Assembly: GCA_050084985.1 (NCBI GenBank)
Contig: JBITNC010000001.1
Coordinates: forward strand, 18,352,001-18,416,000
Direction of reading: 5' to 3'
Origin: Nageia nagi
Lineage: Eukaryota > Plantae > Pinophyta
DNA: 64,000 nucleotides
Part shown: positions 39,770-53,354 of the stretch, in pieces
Position numbering within the stretch: the first letter of the stretch is position 1
How the letters are laid out: each line of letters begins with the position of its first letter
Notes under the pieces: generated by a model
The model's input: only the letters and a program-made list of their open reading frames with translations
Told to the model about the DNA's origin: nothing
Databases searched by the model: none
Translations under genes and position numbers: made by a program

Positions 39770-41316
39770 CTCCAACAGGACGACGAGAATCTTCTTCAAC
39801 AACAACTTTCCAACAGGATGGAGAGATCTCCTTAAACTCCTCAATAATTCTTACCCAACAATAAGGCAAGATCTCAACTCTTCAACTCAATTCATCTCAT
39901 CCTTTCTTACTCAATAGGATAGCAAGATAAAGGCTTTGATACCATTGTGATGATCCCAAACTGGTGGATCATGCTCATATGTGCCCTAGGAGAGGGATGT
40001 TTTCCTTCTTGCTTCAAATCTATCCAAACAAGTTCAAAATAGCACAAAATATCCAACATCTAACTAATTTGAAAATAATGGAACTTTGAACATGCAAAAA
40101 CTACTCCAAAAATCCACAGTTGCAATCAAGAAGGGAAAATAGAAATTTAACCATGAAATTATGCTTCCAAATCCAACATCCAAGCAATAAGAGACAAATA
40201 GCAGAATGTTGACAAAAAAAGTAATTGTATTGATAGAACAAGAGAATAACGCAATTACAATATTTTTGACCTAAGGAGCTTGCACCAAAACTACCTCCAA
40301 TAGGGTTATTTTGGATGGCTCCAAGGCATCACCAATCATAGATGCAACAAGGCCAAGCCCAAGGCTTTCCCTGCTACCTTTGTGATGGAACCGACATTGT
40401 TCCTCTCCTAAAAGACTAGAGTAAGCTTGAGGCTAGCCTTCTATCACCTCAAGACCTCAAATGCAGACATGTGCCTACAAGTGGCAAAGATAGAATTATC
40501 ACACTCAATCCGATAAAAGGGGTTTATAATCATCAACTCAACATATCTCATAATGTTGAGTCCTCCTTTTATAGGCATGGGTGATCATCTTCTAATCTGG
40601 CATTGAGACGATCTAACGATGGAGAGAAGTGATCTTTTTGCTCATGTTGACAATGTCTAAGACAGACAACCTCAGGATAAATGAGATCACATCCAAGGGC
40701 CTAGCAATGCAACATCCAAGCAGAGGTGACTTCGAGGTGCCTTGGGATCAATGCCATGTGTCCAAATAACCAAGAGGGGTGACGTGGGGCCTTGGAATGC
40801 CTAATCCTCCAACATGGGGTGAATTCTTTCGTAAATGCCAAACATCCTAGTGTGGGAGTCCTACACTGCCTTGGGATGCTAAATTCCTCTTTAGAAGTGC
40901 CACGTTCAATGCTTGGGTGTCCTTGAGATGCCTTGAAGTCAATGTAATCACCTTGGGGGATGCTTTACCTTGAAGAGGAAAGCATTAATGACAAGAGGAC
41001 CATCTAATCCCAATATTACATTTATCAAGGTTTAGAAATATGCAATGCCTCATTATTGAAGACTAATATTGCATTTACAAATATAATTGTCTTGGTATCG
41101 TTAATACAACATTATTGGCATTTTGGGCATTTAACTAAATACAATAAATAAATAAAAGGGTCATTGTTCCATAATTAGAGCATTTAACTAAATCTCTAAA
41201 CAAAACTTACAATATTTGGTCAAAACCTACAAAAATAGACAAAATCACATCTAAACTAATGTTCCCATTTATCAGAGGTGAAATGGGTAAAACACCATAA
41301 AAATGGGGACATTACA
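39770..41316 (-). mobile_element. Truncated LTR element: 5' LTR (39946-41316), PBS and short leader
   Basis: TGTGATG...CATTACA termini; gctttgatacca at 39933-39944 is TGGTATCAAAGC on the minus strand. Confidence 0.85.
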
Positions 41317-41510
41317 GTGAAGGTCTTGATGTGTGCCACATTATCTCTCAAAAGATGTGATCTTTTAATGCTATTGTAAAGAATTTAAGTATCTATGAAT
41401 TTGAATCTTAAGGCTTGAGTTTACAACATACCATTTGGGCATGCACTGAGTGGCTTTGAAATCTTGTTCTCTAGCTTGTGATCCATTGTAAAGGATGTAA
41501 TGTACCCTTA

Positions 41511-42672
41511 TGTGATGTCCCCCTTGCATAATTGTAAATAATTATGGAATACAACGGATTCTCCCCTTGCATTATATTTTATTATTTAATTGTGCTTTTA
41601 GTTAGTACTTGGGATAGAAGACTTAATGGGTCATTGGACCCCACAGTGAGCCCCAAGTGGGATGTCTCCCTCCAAAGTGTAGAATTAGGTGTTTTAATGT
41701 ACTTGAAGATCGCAATACATGATTGTGGGAATCCCAAGGTCTATTTAGCACTTAAGTGGATGGATGAGCATTTAATGCTCCAATGTTGAGATTGGGAGCA
41801 CTTGTACACATGCAACAGCCTTGGGGAGACTTCTAGACCCCCACATTGGCCCATGACACCCACCTTACCCCCTAGATGCCCACACATGCCTCCTAGACCC
41901 ACACATGCATTCTTGGACCTACATGGAGCATGAGGGAGGACTAGGTACCCACGTTGGACCTGGAATGACTCTTAGGTGCCAAAGTTGGGGCTTGAGGGGA
42001 CCGTGTGATGATATTGAGGTGCAATCTGTATCCAAGAAAGCTATATTAGCCCTTGGAGCCTCATTTGTTGGATATACTAATTATTGATATTTGCTTATAC
42101 CATACGGAGGACAAGAGTCTTAGCGCAATGCTAAGCAAGATCCCTGGGATCCTGTTAGTCTACTGCTTTGGTGTAGCACCCTATCCCATCCAGTGGTATT
42201 CCGAGGTTGAGCTTCTACCTTCAATGGTTGCTAGGGTTTGTAGAGGGATCCTTCGATGGAGAGGAGTCAAATTTTGAGGGAGAAATATTGTCCCACTCAT
42301 CATCCATCCGTCCAACAGAGAGAAATATACATCGTGCCCTAGTTGGTTCCTTGGAGGCCAATGTCTAGCCCTGGGGCTTGGTATTATATTGTTGATCATC
42401 ATTGATCTTATATACAGTAGTTGGGCATTGGATCGCCATATTTGTCTTGTGTATGCTTTACTATTGCAACGTTGTGGTGTGATTGCTCATTCTTGCATAT
42501 TGTAGCCAGGTGTTGGCATTGTGAGCTTGTATTGATTGATATGTACTAGTTGTAGCTAGAAGTTGGCATATGTGCATTGTTGGGGTTTGATTCGGATGCC
42601 CTAGGCCTAACATTGGAGCATACTTGTATATTTTGAGCTTTTTTCATTTAATTTTGTAATTGGATCTTTACA
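41511..42672. mobile_element. Nested solo LTR
   Basis: TGTGATGTCCCC...TTTACA termini; 4-bp direct repeat CTTA on both flanks. Confidence 0.7.
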
Positions 42673-43461
42673 CTTAGGCTTATGCTAAGCATGAACAATT
42701 CCTCAACACAATTCCACATTCATTCACAAATTCGGGCATAATAGTAAATGCTCATTCACCATCCAATAATGCTCTCAAGATTGAAATATTATAACTGTAA
42801 CCAAATTTGATATATAGCAGTGAAGAAGCTCATATAGCATGTGAAACCAACCAAACTAGGGCACAATTACAAATATTTAACATAATAGTAATATGCCTCA
42901 AAAATACTCTAATCTGCATACATTCCCATGCACCATGAATGATAATAGCACAATAGTAATAATGGAACATGCATTCACATTCAAAGAGCAACATGAGAGC
43001 CAAATATCAATAATAAAGACCAAAAATAAGTATAGGGCTGTAACAAGCCTGTAATAAGTTCTAAGGCAAAGCCCAAGACTCCAAAATGCACAACAAAGAC
43101 TCCCAATTGCTGGCACAAGCTTCCAAGTAGCAAGAATGACTAGCACAAGTCTCAAGATGGCTCCCAAGGCATAGCTCTAAGACTAGGATGATCTCCAAGG
43201 TTGGCGTAAGCTCTCCAAGTGTAGGTAACTGCAAATATGCCACTTCTAGGCTAGAGAGCAGCCTTAGTCCTTAGAAGGAAGAGAGGGGAGCATCCCCAAC
43301 TCCAAGATGATCCAAGATCAAATGAAAAAAAATGATGTTGCTCAAGTGGTGAATCTTTTTTCCTTTTATAGTGCTTTTACCTTGAAATTACCAATAATTA
43401 AACTCTTGGCCAACTTGGAATAAAATAACTTTCTCCTAGCTGGCTTTTCCCTATCAGCGAT

Positions 43462-44452
43462 TGTAATATACCTTTCTAGGGTTTGTCTATTTTTTCACTT
43501 AATTCCACATTCATTCACAAATTAAGGCATCAAAGTAAATGCTCATTAACCATCCAAACATGCACTCAAAATTGGAATATAATAGTGGTAGCCAAATTTG
43601 ATATAAAGCTCTTATAACATGCGAATATGACCAAAACTAGGGCACAAATCAGATCTATAACATAATAGAAATATAGCTCCAAAATACTCTAATTTGCATA
43701 CATTCCCATGCACAATATAGATAGTAGCATAACATAAATATATAGGAATATTCATTTATAGTCGAGATGCAATATGAGAGCCAATATCATTAATAATCAA
43801 CCAAGAATAAGTATAGGGCTGTAACAAGTTCTAGGGCAAGGCCCAAGACTCCAAGATGCTCAAATTAGACTCCACAAGGATGATGCAAGTCCAAGGAGAT
43901 TCCCAATCTTGATGCAAGTCTCAAGATGACTCTCAATGGTTGGTGCAAGCTCCCAAATGGCAAGAATGATAGGCGCAAGCTGTCCAAGAGGTGTAGAAGT
44001 GTAGATAAGCCACTTCTAGGCTAGGGAGCAGCCCTAAGCCCTAAAAAATAGACAAGGAAAGCATCCCTAAGCTCCGAATGATCCAAGATCGAATGCACAA
44101 GATGATGCTTCAAGTGATGCTCTAACTTGACTTTATATGATCTCAAACTCACATCATATCTTTCCTCAAGTTGGCCGACCAAGTAGGGGGATATACAATA
44201 TTATTAAGTGGACCAATATCTCCTTGAGTTGGCCTACTAGGTGTGAGGGGTTAAATACATTAAAGGGGCCCCCTTTAGCTTAGCCAAAACAAAATACATA
44301 TTGCCCTTACTTGGGCGTTCCCCAAATGGGATACAAATATAAATATCAAATTATATTTAAATGACAAAATAGAAGACTCCTAATTTAAACACTAAAGGTC
44401 AAAATAAATAAGGAGGAGTGGCAGTTAGATGTCCCAAATTGGGGACATTACA
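43462..44452. mobile_element. Nested solo LTR, sister subfamily of its host
   Basis: TGTAAT...ATTACA termini, TSD gcgat/tcgat; left part similar to 42710-43360 and 34581-35270. Confidence 0.85.
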
Positions 44453-46474
44453 TCGATATTAGAATCCTGGTTTCCTGGGTGAACTTCAAAAGTCCATATC
44501 TCCCTCATTTCTTGACGAAACCATGTTGTGTGACCTGTCAAAATGATTGGCAAAAGGTTCTCCATCCATTCTAAAGGACAAATTGGTGATCAAAGACTTG
44601 TTCCAGAAGTTATGCCTTTAAAAAGGTTTTTCAAAATTGGGGACATTACAAAGGATAGTCCCGTAACATGTTCTATAGGCAAAGTTCTCCACCCAACTAT
44701 TGCACGTTGAGAGCAGTTTATAGGATCTTTGTTCATTGACTCATATGCATGGGTGATTCCACAATGGGAAGGGTGGGATTTCTGAAATTAGCCCTTTGCT
44801 TTTTTGAATTGGTTGCCATCCAAAGTTTGGGTAAACAACGTTTAGGTTGATTTTTCATTGCCAACCATTTTCTTCAGTTTATTGGAATCTCTACAGATAA
44901 ACTTACTCCTTGAAATACTTCTTTATTTCAAATAGAGAATAAGTTGATCAATAAAGCAATCAAAGAGGGTATGTGTTGTCAGTATATTCAGGTTATGTGC
45001 ATCTCTCGACCCTAGCCTCTTTGATCTAAATTGACTTTCTATGCCTATCATCCTGCATATTAAGGATGGGGTCATTGCTTATCTTGACTATATTCCTGTC
45101 ATTGGACTCATGGAAATTCAACTAATTTATAATATTCTTTTATCAATTGCAAGAATGTAGAGATACTTCGCTATATTTTAAAGATGAAAGAATTTATTGC
45201 TTATGGTCCTAGTTGGAGGTGTGATTGAGCAGCATTTTATCTTCAGGAACCCTGTTTATTTTGAGATTTGAGGAAGAATAAAGATATTACTTCTTGCTTA
45301 GAAATTAGGAAGGTTACTTGCTACCTTCCTTTTCTATTTGGATAAAGGTACTTGGCTGTACACATCCAAGAAACTATCACTCTTAATTTTCATGTCATGT
45401 AGGAGATCTGCTCAGGAACCACTAGATTGATCACTTCCTACTTCCACTTATCTTGACTATTTGTGAATCCAACACTATTTGGATGCTACTAGCACTTAGG
45501 CTGATATGGGCTGACTTGTCAGGCCTTGGTGTCCCACACTAGCTGCTTCTGCTCGGGCCTTGTCTTCCCTTCCACACAATATGCTGGGAGCATGGTCTAT
45601 GGTTTAACAGCATCTACATGTTTACAGGCCTTGGATGACAGGAAAGCTTTGCAGTACCATGATATGCATCTCCCTAGGATTGTGAACCATGCCCAATCAG
45701 CACTAGTCACTCTCCCATGAGCATCATTAAACATTGTATCAGTTCTTTCATAGTGCTTTCTGATAATAATGTTCTCTCTCAAAATTAATGCTTCAAGTTT
45801 CTTTCTCTCTTTCGGTAGCTCTATGGTCTTCGAGTAATTTTATGGCAGCTCTGTTCAATTTGAAGAAGATTAATCTTGTTATTTGGTTTTTGATTTGAGG
45901 TGGATGTTGGCACTTTATGAGTGTCTATGGTATTAAGTGATGGATATGATTCTATGCAAAATTATTTTTGTCCAGAAAAGATAAATTAACTATTGTTGAC
46001 CTGATATTGACATTTGTATCCTTTCTGCCATTCTTTTTTGTAAAACTTAATTATTCATTTCTCTTTATCATATGGAAATAACACTTCATAATTTCTTAGA
46101 AGAGGAGAAATGTAGCAATGGGAAACTGAAAAGTACTGTTCTTTCTGTCCCTGTCCTCATGCGTTGGTTGCAATCTTTGTAGAATCATTGTTTGCATCTT
46201 CTGTTACACATGGTGTTGAGTTTTTGGCTTTAATCTAGGTTGTACTGTTGTCAACAACTTAAGAGCTAAAAATAAATTACTTTTCTTTGAAGGGAAATTA
46301 TTATTAAAAATCCATATTCACTTTTAAAATCTTTTCCCAATTTTGTTTTTCATTCTATCTGCTAGTTACAATAACTCATCTCAAAGTTTGAATGGTAAAA
46401 CTTCAGATCATTGCCTTGAGGCTTGATGTACTATAATTAGATTATTGCATTATTTCATGCAGAAAGTACTAAAC

Positions 46475-46699
46475 ATGTCTGGTAGCCTTCAAACTGCATA
46501 TCAACTCCTGTTCTATGCTAGTCGTGGAAATGTGGATAGTGTGATTCAAGCACTGAAGAGTGGAGTTTCTCCAAATTTAGCTGACTATGACAACAGAACA
46601 GCTTTGCATTTAGCAGCATGTGAAGGACACACCGAAATTGTTAAGATCCTTCTAGACTATAAGGCTGATGTCAACTTTCTGGATCGTTGGGGACAAACT
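46475..46699 (+). CDS. Ankyrin-repeat Raf-like kinase (ILK/VIK-like), coding exon 1, ankyrin repeats
   Basis: MSGSLQTAYQLLFYASRGN..NLADYDNRTALHLAACEGH..DVNFLDRWGQT; acceptor tgcag ending 46462, donor GTGAGT at 46700. Confidence 0.93.
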
Positions 46700-48394
46700 G
46701 TGAGTTCCTTGTGAAAAAAACTCATTATCTTTGCATTTTTCTTTTTTACTACACAGTTTGGTAGATATGTCAGAATGCTCATCTATCATCAGCTTCTATC
46801 TTTTCACTCGAAATGAATTTACCTCTATTTCAATTCTAACATTGAACTATACATATCCTCAATCTTTTATAGAACAATTTATATTAAGATACGAAGTTGA
46901 TGGAAACATGTCCAAAAGGGGTGTTTCTTGTTTCAGATGTTTGTAGGGTGGATTCATTTTGAAACAGAAACACCTGTTCTGTGCATGATATGGTGAAAAG
47001 TATGGTTGCTTGGACCCACTTAATTCATGTATGGATGGTCTAATCTCTGTGCACAGGGGGTAACGTATCCATAAGTGCCTTGGGTGAGTGCATCTTTAGG
47101 GATGATATGATGGTGATTATGGGTATCCAATGTTAGAGCATGTTCACAAGTGTGTATCATTTGTAGTTACAAACTTATCAACATTTTGGTTTCATTTTGA
47201 AGCCTCCTTGTTTTCATGCAAACCATGACCAACATGATATGGTTGGTGATAAAAGGATGAGATGGAGAAATGGTTTGAACACTACCTGATAGGGTTTTCT
47301 GTTAAGAATTAATTGAAAATTATGAAATTGTGACACTTCATGGACTTGGGAATGGCCTATTGATGCTTTGACCTCATCATGACATCATTGCTTTATGAAA
47401 TTTGAACTTAAATAGCCTGTTCTCTCTCTTGGATGACCTAGCATTAAATGCAACATTAATAATATGGGACATCTTGCTGGGGCCATATAAGTCACCCCTA
47501 AATTTTCCTATCAACAACATGACTTCATAAAATATACCATACAAATCAATTCTCTCTCCTTTGACCAGCAAGGAAATTTGAGTGAAAAGGGGGAGTAAGA
47601 ACAAGCTCTACTGGTCACATCTGCACAATTGTTAGAGACATTGATGCATTTATAAGGAATCTGTTAATATATTAATTGAATAGCTTATATTTGGATTTGT
47701 TTCTTGCCTCACTTACGAGGAGAACATCACATCGATGACTGGTGTGTTGACAATGGCTTGTTGCATTAAGAAGGTATTTGCATTGATAAATAATTTCTTC
47801 TGACCCGGTTTTATGCACTTATCGAATAGAGTCGGTTATCTAACCGAAATTACAGGTAAGTTGATCGTTCGACTTGATTGTTATACTTTTACTTAAATAT
47901 CATTAGTTTTGTTGAAAAGCATTATCATATTGAACTATCATAAACGATAATTTGTGCTGTTTAACTTTTCCATGAAACGCTCCTTTGTTGACATCAACAC
48001 AAATCACAGGAACTCATTATCATAACCAATATCAGTTCTTACCTTTTTTCAAGGTTATGAATATTTATAAAAAAAAGAATTCGCATCTAAAGTCCAAATG
48101 CTTAAATTACATTGATTTATCGTTCCTCTATTTCGGACATATTTGCAAGTGGTGATCATTAATCACTGCTCATTTCTTAGAACAATTGATCACTTAAATA
48201 TCTATCTCCTTGTAAAGAACCATTCAGACCCATTGTTTTTGTAATTTGTTGACATCAAAATTGTATTCCCCACTTATATTATTTGCTGCTGTTGAATTTG
48301 CTTTAGCTTTTTATGTGTAGTCGCCTTTACTTTTCTTTGGTTTGTTGTATCTTGGTTCTGAGATTCACACACTAAGTGCATGGTACTTTTGCAG

Positions 48395-48469
48395 CCACTA
48401 TCAGATGCTCGTCGTTGCGGCCACAATGAAATATGCTACATACTTGAAGCAAAAGGGGGATTGGGATCG
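48395..48469 (+). CDS. Ankyrin kinase coding exon 2
   Basis: PLSDARRCGHNEICYILEAKGGLGS completes the DRWGQT-PLSDA ankyrin motif; ttttgcag/GTACTT boundaries, phase 0. Confidence 0.92.
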
Positions 48470-49529
48470 GTACTTATGATTTTACTTTTGCATCTATTTC
48501 AAATGTGGTTTGGACCAACTGATATAAGATATTTATTTAAAAGAAATGCTAATTCATGATAAGTTACTTTTTCTTATGATGCTTATTATCCAGTATTTCT
48601 GCAGTTATATCCTATATACATGGAGTTACTTGTAAGAAAATGTTTGGTAGATGCTGATGACATGGATAGGGATTAGTTAGTAATGGTTTACACGTATTTG
48701 AATGATGCATTATACATGAAAAAATCCAATGTTTTACAAGCTTGCATAATACAAGGTGTAGCATCTGTCTTTTATTTTATATTAACAATTGTTGACTGGT
48801 CTGGCAATCTAATGATTACAGGTTGAATGGGTTCTTTCCTACAAAAGAAAACAAGGAAGATAAAGGAAAGGAAATGCTGAAATAGTAAAAGTAGATGAAA
48901 CCAAAAATGATATCAAAGCTTCCCAAAAATGATGAAACCATGCATGCAGTTGGAAACCTCAACTCCAAGATTCTCACCAAAAGTTTCTCATTAAAGCTCT
49001 CCTCAAAAGAAACTCCTTCTAAATAACTTAGGAACTCCTCCCTAAAAATGACCCAGCTAGGGTACTTACAATGTAGATTCTGACAACCTCATTAAATGAA
49101 GCATTGCCCTAGCATTAATTGCAGTGCTTCCCTAAAACAGCAAAAGCAACCTTAATACTACTTTAAAAAAAAAAAAAAACATCAATAGAATAAAAAATGC
49201 GGCTACACAATACCGCCCAAACATCACATCAAGTTTTCTTGCGGTTGTGGGAGCAAAAACTCATCCGTCACAATGCTAGTTAAATAAAATCTTATAATAA
49301 TACGAAATTGTCCAAAAGCAACTAAAAAGACTATGCATTTTCCACTATGTATTGACCGCGTCAATAGCTCCACCACGGGAAGCAATGAAGACTTCCTCCG
49401 GAATCCTGAGATATGTCGTCGAAGAAAGCTTTCACCTTGGTGAGTCCTACTGTGAGTGCGCTTGGAAGATCTTCATCCTTCTGGTTATGGAAATTCAAGA
49501 TATAGTGAGAGGTGCATTCCATCTGGAAC

Positions 49530-52500
49530 TTTCAAATGGCTAAATGTTGTTGATTTTTTATGTGTCTTCCCGCTTTCAACAAGTTCACATCCTTGGTGAA
49601 CAAAAGTTTTCGAACAGTATTCTGGACTTCTTGAGTCTCCACTTTCCTTGTGCTACCATCTTCTTTGACAAACCTAATTGGTTGGACGAACTAGCCCATC
49701 TGAAAAGCTAAGGTTATCAACAAGTTGGTCCCTTCCTTAGTCAAGTTGGTACATTCTTCTGCTGCATATCTCAGCCAGCGCAAATGGTAGGCAAACTCCT
49801 GGTAGTATTGCATTGATCTACTTGCCCTACAGATATCATTCTCAGGTTTTGCATGGCTTGTTCATGATTCTGCAGTGTCTCTAACAATTGGGAAACTGTT
49901 GTGACCATGTTCTCTTCTACCTTTTTCTCATCCATGAGAGCAACCAGCCAAAGTGAGAGCTCATTGACAATCCTCATTATATCATTTACCAGGGATTCCT
50001 TTGTCGCCATTACACCCATGTTTAGGGAGGCCTGCAATCTAACATCTTCAACAGACAACTTGGCAGATTCTATTTCTTTTACCACTTTGTTCTTACCAAC
50101 AAGCTTTCTTTTCAGTTCTTTGATCTTATGTTCCTTTTCAATACCCTAGTTGACCATCTTGTTCACATTATAATTAATGGCATGATTTCACTCGGCCCAC
50201 CCAATCTTCTTGACTTTGAATTCCTCGGTGTGGACCTGTACATCCTGCAAGTCTTAATGGATGCTTATGCTTTGAATAGCATCTATTAATGGTCATCGTA
50301 TCCTTTTTCAAGGAGACGAAGGTCTCAAGTTCTTCAATCGGGGAGTCTTCGAAAGCATTCTCCATTCTCTGGTTGGAATCTTCATCATCACTACGATAAC
50401 TCATTTGTAAATCTCTAATGATTGCATCAATATCAAAATTATATTGCTTCTAGGAACCAACACTTGACACAATGTTAGCTAGAGTGTTATTTGTGTTTAT
50501 AGGGGCGGGTTCTCTTGGGATCTCCTCGATTCTCAACGGTTGGTTCTGGACTTTAACTGGTGTCTCCTGAATCTTCAATGGTTTTTGGCTGGCAAGCTCC
50601 AACTATTTCATCTCTTTTCTTTGTTCTTCATTCTTGCTTTTATCCTCCTCATCCCCTCCATCACCTCCTCTCGTAGGGGTTTTGCTCAAATTTGAAGGCT
50701 TGTTGGGGGTTGCCTTATGGGTCTACTTTTTGGGTGACGACCTCCTCTTTCTTCATGGAGTGGTGGATTTAGAGGAAACGACTTGTTTTGCGAACATCGA
50801 CCCTACTGGTATAGTTTCACTGGCAGTCTCAGATTCTCCATCTACATCTACAATTTGGGTGTCTTCGGTGCCATTTTGCAAGTCTTTGTCATCCTCATGC
50901 TCCCTTTTAGTACTTTCTTCTCTTTCTTCATCTGAACTGGACTCGGATGAGCTAGAAGATTCAGAGGATGTTTCAAAATTTGAAGAATTAGAAGAAAAGT
51001 GGTGAGGCGAGCTAGGCTCTCCTGGTTGATTTGCAACGAGAGTATTAGCAACATCCTGATCATCCATCTAGGTTTTTGTTTCAAACTACTCTCAGATCTC
51101 AATTTCTACCTAGTCTTTTGTAGGTGTCAGGAGATTTGGGATGTTCAAGGGATTCTCCACCCTAACAAGTACTATAGGCATCATGGGGATGTCCTTTGGG
51201 GTAGCATCATCAAGTTGCTAAAGTGGAAAGTCAGGATACCCCGTTTCTGCTATGATATGGACATCTCGGGTAATCTATCGAACTACAAAATGGATTTCCG
51301 GCCCAGAACTACCCAAAGTAGCATGTTCCCCTATTCGCCCTTGGCATCTTCTCACGTTTGAAGTGGAGGTGGATTTCTCATTAGTGGTCGTTTGGGGGTC
51401 TTTAGACTTTGGATCCTTTGTTCAATTCGGCCCTCGATCGCTAGTACTTGGTGCACTTCTTGAATCTGCTTTGCTTCCCTTCTATTTCGATACCTCTACT
51501 TGTCACCTACAGGTCAATGCTCATAACCAACTGGGTTCCTGAAAGCTCATCGATAGAGCTCGGATCCTTCCTTCTGGATCATAGTGGGAGGCTACCTACT
51601 CCTCGCCAAAGTGGTAGTAAGATAACTCATTTTTCATTTCCTTGGCCTCTTGCCAAGTAAAACACGTGTATTCCCTGATGGAGATAGGGAGATGCACAGA
51701 GGTATCCTTCTTCTTCCATATATTTTCATATAAGAACAACAATTGTCTGCAGAATTCCATCAGGATTAACATGTTGTTGGCATAACGGGGCAAGAGGTAA
51801 GATCTTACATCAGAACCATAGACCCGAATGTATGTATGTGTAGGGTCTTCTAGAAAGAAATCTGCATGTCCCCTGATGGCTTCCATTGCAGAATCAGATA
51901 TTCTCTTTACCAATTGCTTGCCTTTAATCTCCTTGTAAATTTGATACTCCCATCCGTCGTTCCTCGTGGCATAATTCTCCCATCAGGATTCCAGCCACCA
52001 CTTGGGATAGGCTCTCCATAAGGGTTTTGCAAGATTGTTTAAGATGTCCATGTCTACATGTGCCGACTTCCTGTTTCTGCCATGGAGGAGATAGACAAGA
52101 TAAGAATTCATATAGAATCTTTTAGATGAGCTAATATGTGCGAGCTGCTGGAGAAGGGAGTCATTGATTACCTTACTCCATCTGATCCTCTGCCTATTCC
52201 CAATCACTACGATAAAACCGATGAATTATTTCTTGAATTTAAGATCGTCCTCTTTGCCTATGAGCCTAGACAATATGCTGATGATTTTGGAGACAATGGG
52301 TAAAAATGCTATCATTTTGCATTAATCAACTTATTTCCATTGAACTCTTTGTTTTCATTTTCGAGCCAATCTCAAATGAGATCTTCGGCCCGATGAGATT
52401 TTTGATAGTAATCCAAGGAGTCTCTTTCTGTGTAGATGACCCTTTCGTTACTCCACTTGAAGGCTTCCTCAATACCTTTTGGAGAAAAATCAAGAATCTT

Positions 52501-52786
52501 AATGCCATTAACATCATAGAGGGTGCCGTCCTTGAAGTTGGCATACCTCCCCACCTCACAACACAGCTCTGGAAACGGCGTTGCAAATGGGAATAGGGTG
52601 GTAGTAATATCCAACTGGGATTTGTGTGAGATCAATATCTCGAATGTTGGAGTGATTGTTCTTGAATTTGGCCTCTTTTAGGGGATCCTCAAGGTTTTCT
52701 TTGGCGAATTCTATCTAGCTCGACTTAGTCAATTTGGCAAATTGGAGCTCCCGAGTCTTTCTAAGTTTTGTATTGATCTTTGACAT
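49530..52786 (-). pseudogene. Disrupted ~1,080-codon accessory ORF of an LTR retrotransposon (Athila/Tat-type), antisense to the element
   Basis: Colinear minus-strand ORF pieces 52372-52635, 51983-52207 (KRFYMNSYLVY), 51596-51913 (TYIRVYG..YLLPRY..LMEFCRQL), an acidic Ser-rich part 50753-51067 and a coiled-coil-like part 49771-50085. No introns; lies upstream of a + strand PPT/LTR. Confidence 0.65.
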
Positions 52787-53354
52787 TTCGGACCTCCAAA
52801 AGCAAACAAAGTTAACATGGATGACCTGACTGACTGATGGACAAAATGGGGGATGACACAAGTGGGATGGCGAAATCAATGTTGCCTAGAAAGCCTGTAT
52901 GCCTTGTGCCTTCAATTGTAAGGATGGCACATTAATATAGATCATTTAGTATTCAATGATCGTGATAAAAGGTGATCTACCTCCCTTTGAAGCATGCAAC
53001 GTCCCAAAATTTGTGCCTTAATTAATTAATGCAATGCAAATGCATACATCCCCCTTTGCCACCTCATGGGATGCAATCTAACAGGGAGACTTGAATGAAT
53101 GCTCAAATGTCTTGGTCGCATCTAATTTGAATGTTAGCTTTGCAACTTAAAGGGATGGTGCGACCAAGTGTAAACATGGGATGGCAGGGAAGGTTGACTC
53201 TATGAAACATGACTAGGACGAGTGGCGGGGAGTGATATGTAAACAAAAATGGTGGATAACTAAAAGAAAAAGGCTAAACTTTATCATGCAGCTAGGTGTG
53301 GGCCCTCCAAAGGGGCTGCTTGGTAAAAAGACTTCATCCCTTCAATGTGTATAT

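Larger units (their letters stand above)
41496..44650. mobile_element. Solo LTR hosting two further solo LTRs
   Basis: TGTAATGT...ACATTACA termini with perfect TSD AAGGA. Confidence 0.88.

Noticed and set aside
44651-45800. LINE remnant flanking the solo-LTR nest
   Set aside because: Only faint RNase H-like hints; too decayed to support a call.
50634-51660. Plus-strand ORFs as host genes
   Set aside because: Shadows of the minus-strand accessory ORF with low-complexity translations.
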